DNA from: Octopus sinensis | Lineage: Eukaryota | Direction of reading: 5' to 3' | Assembly (NCBI RefSeq): GCF_006345805.1 | Contig: NC_043008.1 | Span: forward strand, 45,322,001-45,386,000 | DNA: 64,000 bases | Part shown: positions 1 to 10,599 of the stretch, one piece after another | Position numbering within the stretch: position 1 is the stretch's first letter | How the letters are laid out: each line of letters opens with the position of its first letter | The notes under the pieces: generated by a model | Database searches by the model: none | The model's input: the letters and a program-made list of their open reading frames with translations, nothing else | Told to the model about the DNA's origin: nothing | Translations under genes and position numbers: made by a program

Positions 1-1346
1 AGGTAAAATAGCTTGTAAGAACGAAGACAGTCCACAGGTTTGGCTCATGCTGGCTGATATAGCCCAAAGGAACAAAACAGCCTACAGAATGCAAAGGAAA
101 AGAAAACTATGGAAACTTTATCGTGTTGTTGTCCAGCTGGGACATTAGCATTTTTTCTAGGATGCTCAATAACTAACAATTTATGATATTAAAGTAGATT
201 TCAATATTTACCTCGACTTTTCGTCTATGATAGTGCATTGCATCAAGAGCAGACATTTAAATTTTTTCCACGAATAAGAATGTGATGAAAAAAATAAATG
301 CGATTTTTATATTATCCATTAGTTCAAATGTTATGGCAAGAATCGATAAATCGATACATTGGCAGATAGCGAAAATGATGTAAACTTTTCCTAACAAACA
401 TAATGCCTCAGAACACATGCATCATGACATACATGCGTGCACACGCGCAAATGCATTCATTGAAACGCACTCATGTCAACGAGTATACACACATGGACAT
501 ACTTACACACGCACGTACCTATATCTATGTACATACATACACACGTATACAATATGCATACAACTACATTCATACATACATATATACATGCAAATACACT
601 CAGACACAGACACATATACATACAAATACACAGACACACACAGACACATATAGAAAAATATTCCGATATGTGTGAATGTCTGCGTCTGCTCATATGAAGC
701 TATACAAAACTATACTAGGAAGTAGAGAAACACAGACTCCAGATCAATAGAACATAGTGTAGGTCATATCGCCCTGGTTATATTAATTTATTGACGGCAA
801 ACCAAAGAAATAATAAATAACGAGCAAAATTTTTCAATTGTTTTTAAAAGACAATCTTTCAACGTTTAAATGGTTGTAAAAAAGTTCATTAGCTCAGACA
901 AATAGTAGCAATGTTCTTGATAGCAGCAGCAACAACAACAACACAGCATATTCAGTCATAGATTTCCAAATCCTTATGTACACATGCAATTGCATATAAT
1001 TATTAGTTCATGACCATTGCGTCCTCTCCAATAAGATATCTTAATTATCGATCCTTCATCTAATATAAAACAGAATTTGTATTTGTTGTGGTTTGTTTAG
1101 AGGAGACTAACATCAATTAAAACGGATTAACGAACGCGAATGAATAGTACTTAAATTATCGTCACCCGAAATACAGAACTTAACGTCAAATCCCACAACA
1201 TAAGAACTAAAAACGCACCTGGACGCCGATAAATACCTCTCGGTACTTTCTACAAAATGTGTGTGTGTGTGTGTGTGTGTGTGTGGTGTGGTGTAGGCTG
1301 TATGTATGTGTGCGTGTAGATATGTATATACAAGCTTGAAATATAT

Positions 1347-1905
1347 GTTTCTTTATTAGCCACACAGGGTTGCACACAGACGGGACAGATTACAAAGTAG
1401 AGTTTTTCTTTTTGGGGAGAAAAATAAATGTTGGGTAGGTTTTCGATCAAAAGGGATCGTAAAAGGGAAAGAAAGTAAAAAAGGGAAAGAAAAAAAAGAA
1501 AAAATGATCAATAGGGATCGTGTATCACAGAAATGTCATGATGTAAAGTGTAAAGGGGGAAGCAGATAAGGTTTATCCGTGGAGAGAAAAGCCTACGGAA
1601 AAGACCACGGTAACCTCGGTCAATAATGTTACATGTTACCACATTTGTTGCAAGTAGGTAACCCTCTGTTTTAAATTTTCCCGGGTTCATAGGATTATGC
1701 TCAAGGTGGCTTCGTCATTCATACGTGCCATCCTTGCAACATTCACCCATCTTTTTTAGAAACATTCGCTAGATAAAACTTGCCTCTCTACTCTCACTTT
1801 CCTTTTCAAGTGGTACTTGAAGAAGTTGAGAGATTGACCAGAGAGGAAAGTGTTTGTTTCCAATCCTTTCAGACGCATCCACCAGATACATTCTTTCGCC
1901 ATGAA
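1347..1905 (-). mobile_element. 3' fragment of an L1/Tx1-like non-LTR retrotransposon (ORF2 C-terminus + 3' UTR)
   Basis: Minus-strand translation AKECIWWMRLKGLETNTFLSGQSLNFFKYHLKRKVRVERQVLSSECF*KRWVNVARM resembles a Tx1-type ORF2 end. The UTR ends GTCCCGTCTGTGTGCAACCCTGTGTGGCTAATAAAGAAAC next to a (GT)n tract. Confidence 0.6.
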
Positions 1906-2984
1906 TATATATGTCCGTGTGCGTATGTGTGCATATGTGAGTACGAACAAGATGAGTAATCAGTTGTTCGTTCAACTGAATTACCTGTTCAATGAATTAA
2001 CGTGAAAGTGGCTGAATATTCCTCAGATACATATGTCATTTATGTAAATCACAAACTCAGCGCAATACAGTGACAATGCTCTACTCTTGAATTACAGGTG
2101 TAGCCTATTCATTGGGCTTCCGTATATTTTCTGCCAAATAAATTAAACACACAAGGCTTGGATTGACTAAAGACAATGATAAAAGACACTTGCAGACGAT
2201 TACACGCAGTAAGATCGAATGCCATAACTTCTCATTGAGAAGCAAATTCTTAAACATTCAGGCTACGGCATCCCTGAATATCCACACATGCGTACATTAC
2301 GGTTTCAACAATGAGTATTTAATTATTCGATCAACAGAATGTCCTTCTTATCGATTTTAGAGTGGAAATAGCTGAATATTTCGCTTGCGTGTGTACACTT
2401 AACAGGAGAGAACGAACGTGATACTGTGTGAGAAATTGCATCCTTTGGTTTACAGATACAACACATTCAATCGAATTCTTCCTATTCCCACTTGAAAGAC
2501 AGGTAGACCCAATGTCATGGGAAAATGATCTACCCAAGATGCCACACATTGCACTCTAACGCGGATTCCATGGTAACAAAATAATTGTGCAATAATGCCA
2601 ATACTGCTCACAAGAGTGCGCATCGGCATTTGAAAAGCTGCTAAAAGAGCCTCAACTTAACTGCAAACAGAAATTTCATTTTGACATAAAACTTTAGAAG
2701 TTTCTTCAATATTTATTAAAAAAATATCTCCTTTGTTCTTCGAGTATCTTTGTTTGCTAACAAGATTTTAGCCAGAAATATTGCATTTCATGTATGAGTA
2801 TCAGCTGGGTATCTGTTACACATACACTCTCACATGCATATTATATACACACACAATGACATATACATATATACACACATGTCTAAAATATTGCATTGCC
2901 TGTCATGCTCGTTACTTCGCAAGCACACAAATATTTAATTATTTAATACTAAAACAAAATACCACATAAATGTATAACATTTTT

Positions 2985-3770
2985 ACAGAGGACCAGTGCC
3001 TATGGTTAAGGAAGAGTGACCTGAAGATAAATACACAAGCACTCATATGCATACCTCAGGAACAAGCGTTAAGGACCAACTATATGAAGAGCAGAATAGA
3101 CAACACTACCGATAGCGACAGATGCAGAATGTGTGGTGAGAGAAGTGAAACGGTATGGCACATTGTTAGCGAATGCCCAAAATTGACACACCGCTAAAAC
3201 AAAAGGGGCCATGACAATGTAGCAAGAATGATCCCTTGGGAACTTTGTGGAAACCACGGCCCTCAAAGAGCAAAGACGTGGTATGAGCAAACTCCAGAAG
3301 GAGTCACCGAAAATGAGAATTGCAAGACCTGTGCGATGCAATGATCCAGTGCGATTATCCAACCATACATCGGAAACCGGACATTGCTGTGGTGAATAAA
3401 AAAGAAAAAATCTGTATGATAAATGACATTGCATGCCCCGGTGACAACAGGATCAATGTGAAAGAAAAAAAAATGATGATTTAAAGTGGAAAATATGAAG
3501 GTTGTGGTCAATGAGGAGAGAAGACGCAGTACCAATAGTAATCGGTGCACTTGGAAATATCAACACTCAACGTCCAACATGGCTGAAAACGATTGGTGCA
3601 AATGTGAAAGTAGAGCACCTACAAAACTCAGCATTACTTGGAACTTCAAGAATTCCTCGTAGGGTTTTTAAAGCATGACCAGTAAACAAGTGTCATAGTA
3701 GTCTCCTGACTGTCGAAAGCTGACACTTTCTCATCATACCCAGCAAAATATAGTGTGAGATTTCATATAC
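2985..3770 (+). mobile_element. R4/Dong-like non-LTR retrotransposon, 3' fragment (CCHC knuckle + restriction-like endonuclease), degenerate
   Basis: Translation contains WLRKSDLK...QEQALRTNY...CRMCGERSETVWHIVSEC...HDNVARMIPWELC and PIVIGALG, with stops and frameshifts. It runs into a (CTA)n tract. Confidence 0.85.
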
Positions 3771-3771
3771 A

Positions 3772-3848
<77 letters not shown>

Positions 3849-3859
3849 AACTAGTAGTA

Positions 3860-3908
<49 letters not shown>

Positions 3909-3911
3909 GAA

Positions 3912-3942
<31 letters not shown>

Positions 3943-3974
3943 AAGAAGAAGAAGAAGAAGAAGAAGAAGAAGAC
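3770..3974. repeat. Compound trinucleotide microsatellite (CTA)n(TAA)n(GAA)n
   Basis: Directly visible. Confidence 0.98.
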
Positions 3975-4510
3975 CAGGTAGCGGCTCTCATGGCTTCTGA
4001 TCTTAATTGATTGGAAGTGTTATCATGTATATTGTTTTGTCTTGGTATAAAAGATGGGCTACAGCAAATATTCTGCTCAATACCACAGATTTGCTGGTCA
4101 GTTACTTGACCGTAATCATTTGAGCATGTGTCTTAGTAGCTGACGGTATGTGCATCTCTGATCACGAGCAGAAGTAGTAGGGGAGCATCATAGGCATGTG
4201 TTGGGAGAAATTTTGAGTGTTTGAATAATTCACCTCTGGGAACATGGGCATTTCATTCATCATCCTTAAACAAACCCTATTCAGAGACCTTTTGAACGGG
4301 ATGGGCCACTCGACCTCAAGAAAATTTTAACCGGTCCCCACCTGCAAAGTCATGCGCTGTTTATCTTGATGTGAAATCAACATGTCACGCGCATATGGTT
4401 GTGATGCGTGTGTCTGGTGTACCATTATCAGACAGGCAATCATGAGGGGTATATTGGGCTTCGTATATTTGTACCTTAGTGTTAGATTGCATGCGCTGCT
4501 CTCTCACTCA
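3975..4510. mobile_element. Interspersed non-coding repeat (SINE-like/non-autonomous), copy 1
   Basis: A diverged reverse-complement copy lies at 17663-18045. Flanked on both sides by trinucleotide microsatellites. Confidence 0.7.
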
Positions 4511-4519
4511 ATAATAATA

Positions 4520-4740
4520 ATAACCCCTTCTACTAAAGGCAAACGGCCTGGAATTTATAGGTAGGGGTATAGTCCATCACATGGACCCCAGTACTTGACT
4601 GGTACTTATTTTGTCAACCCCGAAAGAATGAAAGGCAAAGTTGACCTCAGCAGAATTTGAACTCAGAACGTAAATATGGACGAAAAGTCGTTAAGCATTT
4701 TGTCCAGCGTGCTAACGATCCTGCCAGCTCGGCGCGCCTT
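4520..4740 (-). mobile_element. tRNA-headed SINE, family S1 (GGCGGCGAGCTGGCAGAATCG head)
   Basis: The minus strand has the head, a B-box-like GAGTTCAAATTC and the central GCCTTTCATTCTTTCGGGGTTGACAAAATAAGTACCAG block shared with copies at 4867, 12864, 13083 and 59350. Confidence 0.85.
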
Positions 4741-4753
4741 AATAATAACATTT

Positions 4754-4795
<42 letters not shown>

Positions 4796-4813
4796 ACAAT
4801 AATAATAATAATG

Positions 4814-4844
<31 letters not shown>

Positions 4845-4866
4845 TAATATTAATGATGATGATGAT

Positions 4867-5075
4867 AAGCGGGTTCAAATTTTAGTTCAAGTCCAGCAAC
4901 TTTTGGGAAGGTAGTTAGTCGATTAGAACCAGTAATTGACTGGTACCTTATTTTATCGACCACAAAATGGATGAAAGTTGACCTCGGCGGTATTTGAGCT
5001 CAGAATCTAAAGAGCCAGAAGAAATATCTCACGGCATTTTGTCCGACGTTCTGCTAATTCTGCTAAGCCACCTCC
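4867..5075 (-). mobile_element. SINE family S1, diverged copy
   Basis: Homologous to 4520-4740 (ACTGGTAC..TTATTTTATCGACC..GAAAG..GTTGACCTCGGCGG.ATTTGA.CTCAGAA). Confidence 0.8.
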
Positions 5076-6553
5076 ATAATAATGACGATAATGATTTCTT
5101 CTTTAACTTGCGTAGAACTGAAAGATAGAAAAATAAAACCCAAAAAGGAAAACCTCAAACAAATAGAACGAATATTACCAAACGATATCTTTGAAATATA
5201 TTCTAAACACTGACCATTTCTATGAATAAAATGTCTCTTTTGATTTATTATCTTTCCGCTAATCGTAAGATAAATTCCACAAATACAGAAGTAGAAAAAT
5301 AACTACACCAGAAGTGTTTCTAACGTTCTAACGTTCTCACGTAGATAAACTAGATTTTCAATGTACACTTGATCTAATATGCGCCTAGTGTTTCTGACAA
5401 AGAAAACGGTAATGTTCTGGAACTTATTAAATACATCACAGAATACATAGTATAATAAGTCATGTAGCAGAAGTATGACTATATTAATTTCTGAGCCAAA
5501 ACTTAATTTCAATCAATCTTTATCCGAGAGATTTGGAGCTGCGAAAACAGTGCATCACCGGTTTAAATGTATCGCAGTATTCGATTTGCTTTCTCCTATG
5601 TTTTGCGAATGGACTCTGTTGGAGATCGAAACTATTTTCTATACCCGATGAAATAAAAAAAAAACTACGTATATACTGAAGCCATTTTGATTGGATATTA
5701 TCAACTTTTGGACCAGGATAAACATTACTACTCTTCAGAGCTCACTACATGCATTACTAAATCTAGTTCTTGCTCTTCATTTATTGAGCATCTACGTTAC
5801 GTCCAACTTTTACCGTTAACTTAACCAAGGATTCCAAAGAACAAATGATGACCCCTAGGTCACATTCCACTGCTGTAAATGAATGCCAGCAAATTGTACT
5901 CTATATTTCCGCAATTTTTGCGAAATGTCTGGTAATCTCCATAAATTTATTTTAGTGTTGCATCTTCTCTACGAATGATTTTGTAGTTTACATAAGCATA
6001 TATGAATATATATTCCCTTTACGAGGGGATACTCAAAATATTAGAAAGATTCATGCATTTTTAAATATTTTATACTAAAAAATAAAACAAAAGGAAAACG
6101 GATACCCGCAAATATAAACAAACATGTCGGAAGATACAAGGGGTGGTAATTTGCTTTTACCAATCAGCTATTATTAATAATACGAGGGGCCAAATAACCA
6201 CTGATTTATATGTCGTATAATATATTTTCTCTGTAAATTGAATACAAAAATAAAAATTACAGAACTTGCATACGTCTTAAGCATATTCAATCTATTGTTT
6301 TGTAATTATTTCTGTCGTATATCACATCATAAAATGGGTGAAGGTAAAGCGAGTGCACACCACCTAACCCTAAAATCCAACCCTAACGATTGTGCACAGG
6401 AAAAAAAATCTGATTAGGAACAATTAAGAATTTGTAAACGATATTGTCAGACTCCTCAAACGTAAATTAACGCCCCTTGTATCATCCGACATGTTTGTTT
6501 ATATTCCACGGTCGCCCGTTTTCCGTTTCTGTTTTATTTTTTAGTATAAAATA

Positions 6554-7657
6554 TTGGGTTGTCCGGAAAGTTCGTGCCAATTTATAGTAGCATACCTTTC
6601 GACTTATTTTAGAACATGGTTGAGTCCATAAAATAGGATTTGACTACACCTCCATTTAGAGTACAGTGGAAGAAGGTTTATGTTCCTATAACCTGTGTTA
6701 ATTCTGTAACCCTTTAAAATGGAAGATAAGAAAGTTCATTTTCGGCACTTGATGCGTTTCTTTTTCCGTAAAGGGAAAAATGCCTCACAAGCAACCAAAG
6801 AAATATGCGCAGCTTACAGTGATGTTTCTTTATCCGAAAATGCTGTACGGAAGTGGTTCACAAGGTTCCGAGCTGGAGATTGTAGCCTTATTGATAAAGA
6901 GCGATCAGGCAGACCACCCACTGCAGATGATGACCAAATCAAGTCATTAATTGAGAATAACCCACTTTGCACAACCCGAGTATTGGCAGAAAGCCTCAAC
7001 CTATTAAAATCCATTGTTCATGAGCACTAGTAAAGCTTGGGTACATAAATCGCTACGTTTGGGTACCACATGAACTGAGGGATAAGAAACTTTTGGATCG
7101 CATTTCCATCTGTGATTCGCTTCATAAACGGAATGAAAATGTACCTTTTTTTAAAGCAAGTTGTGACAGGTGATGAGAAATGGATTATCTACCGAAATGT
7201 TCAGAGAAAGCGAGTAAGCGACATGAGCCACCCCAAAAGCGGGTCTTCACCCTAAAAATGTCTTGCTTTGTGTCTGGTGGGATTGGAAAGGAATTCTGTA
7301 CTATGAGCTTCTTTGAAGTAACCAGACAATTAATTCTGAGAAATATTGAACACAACTAGACGAGTTAAAAGCAGCAATTCAAGAGAAACGTCCAGAATTG
7401 GCTAACAGGAAGGGTGTTGTTTTCCAACATGATAATGCAAGACCGCACGTTTCTTTGGGAAGCAGACAGAAATTGATGAATTCTTTGCCATGTAACCACC
7501 TCAATTCTGGGAAGAGGGTATTTTCAAGTTAAAAGAAAGATGGAGACGCATTGTGCAACAAAATAGTTCGTATTTGGTTGATTAAAAATGTAATGGCAAG
7601 TATTTATTGGCCCTTTTCTTTCCTTTAAAATCGGCACGAATTTTCTGGACAACCCAA
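6554..7657 (+). mobile_element. mariner DNA transposon, internally deleted, 1104 bp
   Basis: 30-bp TIRs TTGGGTTGTCCGGAAAGTTCGTGCCAATTT (3 mismatches between ends). TA duplicated at 6552-6553 and 7658-7659. Confidence 0.95.
6719..7585 (+). pseudogene. mariner (DD34D-type) transposase pseudogene
   Basis: HTH region (MEDKKVHFRH...RSGRP), WVPHEL, GDEKW, CVWWDWKGILYYELL and FQHDNARPH are present. Several stops and frameshifts; the segment with YSPDLAPSD (third Asp) is missing. Confidence 0.92.
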
Positions 7658-7889
7658 TATTTAAAAATGGATGAATCCTTCTAATTATTTTCATGCATCA
7701 TTTATTTTGTATATATTTTCCATTTTCATAACTTTTGTAAAAATTGCATTTCATTTTCTTGGAGAGGTGAGTTTCTAAATTTGCGTCCTCAAAAGAAATT
7801 GGAATTTTGCAATATTATTTTATTCACTTAGTTTTATATGTTTACATTCTTATCGCCTTCAATGTATTATCAATTCAGTTCTATATTTA

Positions 7890-8157
7890 AGTGATGAGGA
7901 ATTATGCACATTCTTTACATTATTTACATTTGACGGATATTTGCCCTTATTTGTTGTTAACACAACATTTCGGCCTCCAGCCTTCATCAGGTGTCTTGGG
8001 GAAATTTCGAACCTGGGTTCTCATTCCTAAGGTATTTTTCGATGGTATTAGTATTATTATTATGTTATTATTATTATTATTATTATTGGAATCGAACTCG
8101 GAATCTCGAGGGTTAGTAGCCCGCGCTCTTAACCACTATGCCATATGCCCACGGGCT
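7890..8157 (-). mobile_element. Composite element: tRNA-like Pol III head + (AAT)n + hammerhead-containing tail
   Basis: Minus strand: A box TGGCATAGTGG (8143-8133), B box GTTCGATTCC (8097-8088), (AAT)n, then a hammerhead motif at 7995-7959. Confidence 0.7.
7959..7995 (-). ncRNA. Candidate minimal type I hammerhead ribozyme HH1
   Basis: GACAC CUGAUGA A GGC uggag GCC GAAA UG UU^ GUGUU. Stem I GACAC/GUGUU, stem II GGC/GCC, loopless stem III (UG where CG is expected). Confidence 0.6.
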
Positions 8158-8183
8158 TTGTTGTCTCATTTCATTTAATACAT

Positions 8184-8231
<48 letters not shown>

Positions 8232-8232
<1 letters not shown>

Positions 8233-8685
8233 ACCTCCTTCGGTCATGAATGACCATGGAATTGCACCTAGAAAGTTACCCCCCGAGGTACAAGTCTGGT
8301 CAAGGTTGTTTATGGAAGACCAGCAGTCGCCCACGCATATCAGCCTCCCCTCTCCACGCCACCAGTGTTATCCAAGGGAAAGGCAAAGGCCGATACAGCT
8401 TGGCACCAGTGACGTCGCAGCTCATTTATTAACGTGGAAGTGGCTGAGCACTCCACATACACGTGTATCCTTAACGTAGTTCTCGGGGAGATTCAGCGTG
8501 ACACAGAATGTGACAAGGTTGGCCCTTTGAAACAGGAAGAAAGAGTGAGAGAAATTTGTGGTGAAAGAGTACAGCAGGGTTCACCACCACCCCCTGTCGG
8601 AGCCTCGTGGAGCTTTAGGTGTTTTCGCTCAAAAAACACTCACTGGGAATCGAAACCGCGACCTACGACCGCCATTGCGCCTCCA
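8232..8685 (-). mobile_element. tRNA-headed SINE, family S2 (TGGAGGCGCAATGGC head, CATGGTCATTCATGACCGAAGG tail)
   Basis: Reverse complement of the copy at 24292-24800, with the same internal junction (GTTAATAAATGAGCTGCGACGTC). B-box-like GTTTCGATTCCC. Confidence 0.85.
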
Positions 8686-8695
8686 TATATATATA

Positions 8696-8751
<56 letters not shown>

Positions 8752-8857
8752 ATAAATTAGAGACAAAACCACTATTATGCAAATCAAACAAAGAAAGACT
8801 TAAGCCAATACATAAAATATAAAATAATTTATATAAATTAAAATTTAACAAATGAAT

Positions 8858-8909
8858 AACCACTACGTTCGTTTCGTGTCAGCACATCTTAGACATTCTT
8901 CAGGTGGTT
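8858..8909 (-). ncRNA. Candidate hammerhead HH2, inverted copy
   Basis: Exact reverse complement of 8972-9023. Confidence 0.75.
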
Positions 8910-8971
8910 TCTAAACCTCTTATGATAAATAAATCCACTAAACTGGATTTATTTATCATAAGAGGTTTAGA

Positions 8972-9023
8972 AACCACCTGAAGAATGTCTAAGATGTGCT
9001 GACACGAAACGAACGTAGTGGTT
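8972..9023 (+). ncRNA. Candidate minimal type I hammerhead ribozyme HH2
   Basis: AACCAC CUGAAGA AUGUC uaagaugugcu GACAC GAAA CGAACG UA^ GUGGUU. 6-bp stem I, UGUC/GACA stem II, short stem III. Confidence 0.75.
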
Positions 9024-9212
9024 ATTCATTTGTTAAATTTTAATTTATATAAATTATTTTATATTTTATGTATTGGCTTAAGTCTTTCTTTGTTTGATTT
9101 GCATAATAGTGGTTTTGTCTCTAATTTATTATAATATAATATTTTATTATAAAATTGGATTCAATCTTAAATCTGATTTTTCCTTGTAAATTTGGATTTA
9201 TTCCCTAATATT

Positions 9213-9266
<54 letters not shown>

Positions 9267-10552
9267 ATTTATAGGTGAGTACAAGTGTGTATATACACAC
9301 GTGCATCGCTATATGTGCAAGTCAAAGTGGGTAGGTTTACTAATATATCCATTTGTATTTGTATGTATATACAGTTATGTTTCTACTATACGGTTACGTT
9401 GCTCTTTACAAATTTTTACCACTTGCTGTACAACAATCACTGGCAATCACGGAATTGTTTACTTTGTCTGCTGATGGCAATAATATCACAAACGTAAATA
9501 AAAAGCAACAACTCAGTAACACCTCAGTAATGTTTCTTACGGCAGAAGTATCGCTCAGCAATACAATTCAATGAAATATCAATACTCCTCACATATGACT
9601 TTTTCTTCTAGCTTTGCTAATTGTTCTATTAATACTTATCTTTAACCATATGATATAAACTACACTCTAACTAGGCAGACAGACCCACTCTTTCATTGTA
9701 CTGAAAATGGCAAGTGGCATTTCTAAGGGAGAGTAATACTGTCAGCCTTTAGCAAAAAAATTACCGTTCAGTGCATCCACAATGATGATATGATGGTTTA
9801 ATCGGTGACACGGATTTGTTTCATAAGTAGACACCTGCCAAGCGATACAAAAGAGCATTATCACGTAAACGTCTTAATGATTCTCTGAGGTCATATATGA
9901 AATAGCGTTTCAATTCCTAGTTGAGTCGTATCAATCTATTTTATCATTGAATCCAACTTACACTTGTATTTTATGTCTTCAAAAATGCTATAAGGAAAAA
10001 ATCTGAGCGACTGACGTTCACTCCAGGTGTGCAACCGTGGTCTTTGGTAATGTAAAAATTGTTATGAAGCATTTTATTACTTTACATTTACAGCTGGGAT
10101 TATATTTTTCCACATATATAGGAAAAGTAGATTTGAAAATCTAACAACGGTATGCAAAAAGTTATATATTTCCAAATGATGTTAAAGGAACTGTGGAGTT
10201 TTCATTTTTACTTATGTAAGGAATACTGTCGTTACCTCTATGAAAAAAAAATGTAAATACTCATAAATAATCTAGTATAAAATACAAAGTAGAATGGAAT
10301 TTGCTGAAATACTGTAAAATTGATATTGTACACGGTATTAAAACTGTTTGGAGGAAGTAAACGTACGAAGTTTGCAATGCAATCAATAGAAAGCGCAGAA
10401 TATATAAGACACTTCTTTTATCATTTATCATCTACGCAAGTATGAAAGAGAATCACAACTACTGAGTGGATTTTTATCTCAAACAGAAGAGAACTAGTTT
10501 GTATTCAAGATATACAACTATTTCCGATGTCATTAATAGAAAGAGAAAGAAT

Positions 10553-10599
<47 letters not shown>

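Larger units (their letters stand above)
6034..7695. mobile_element. MITE/foldback-like element with ~120 bp inverted arms, right arm split by the mariner insertion
   Basis: 6034-6152 is the imperfect reverse complement of 6464-6553 joined to 7660-7695. Internal TAACCC motifs. Confidence 0.7.
8749..9132. repeat. Perfect palindrome: 189-bp arms (8749-8937, 8944-9132), 6-nt loop; Penelope-like terminal repeat in inverted configuration
   Basis: Base-by-base reverse-complement identity checked. Each arm carries a hammerhead motif. (TA)n on both flanks. Confidence 0.95.

Noticed and set aside
403-697. Overlapping 70-90 aa ORFs rich in H/T/Y/I
   Set aside because: Translations of CA/TA simple repeats. 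The same applies to the YI/IYIH ORFs at 26.4-26.9, 29.5-30.9, 33.0-33.9 and 40.8-41.9 kb.
3755-4000. ORF with a poly-Leu 'transmembrane' run and poly-Arg
   Set aside because: Read-through of (CTA)(TAA)(GAA) microsatellite. Likewise 4647-4914 and 53896-54261.
8088-8157. tRNA-like sequences (also 24292-24365, 45720-45790, 53563-53610)
   Set aside because: A and B boxes are present but there is no complete cloverleaf, and each continues into a repeat body. Called as SINE heads, not tRNA genes.
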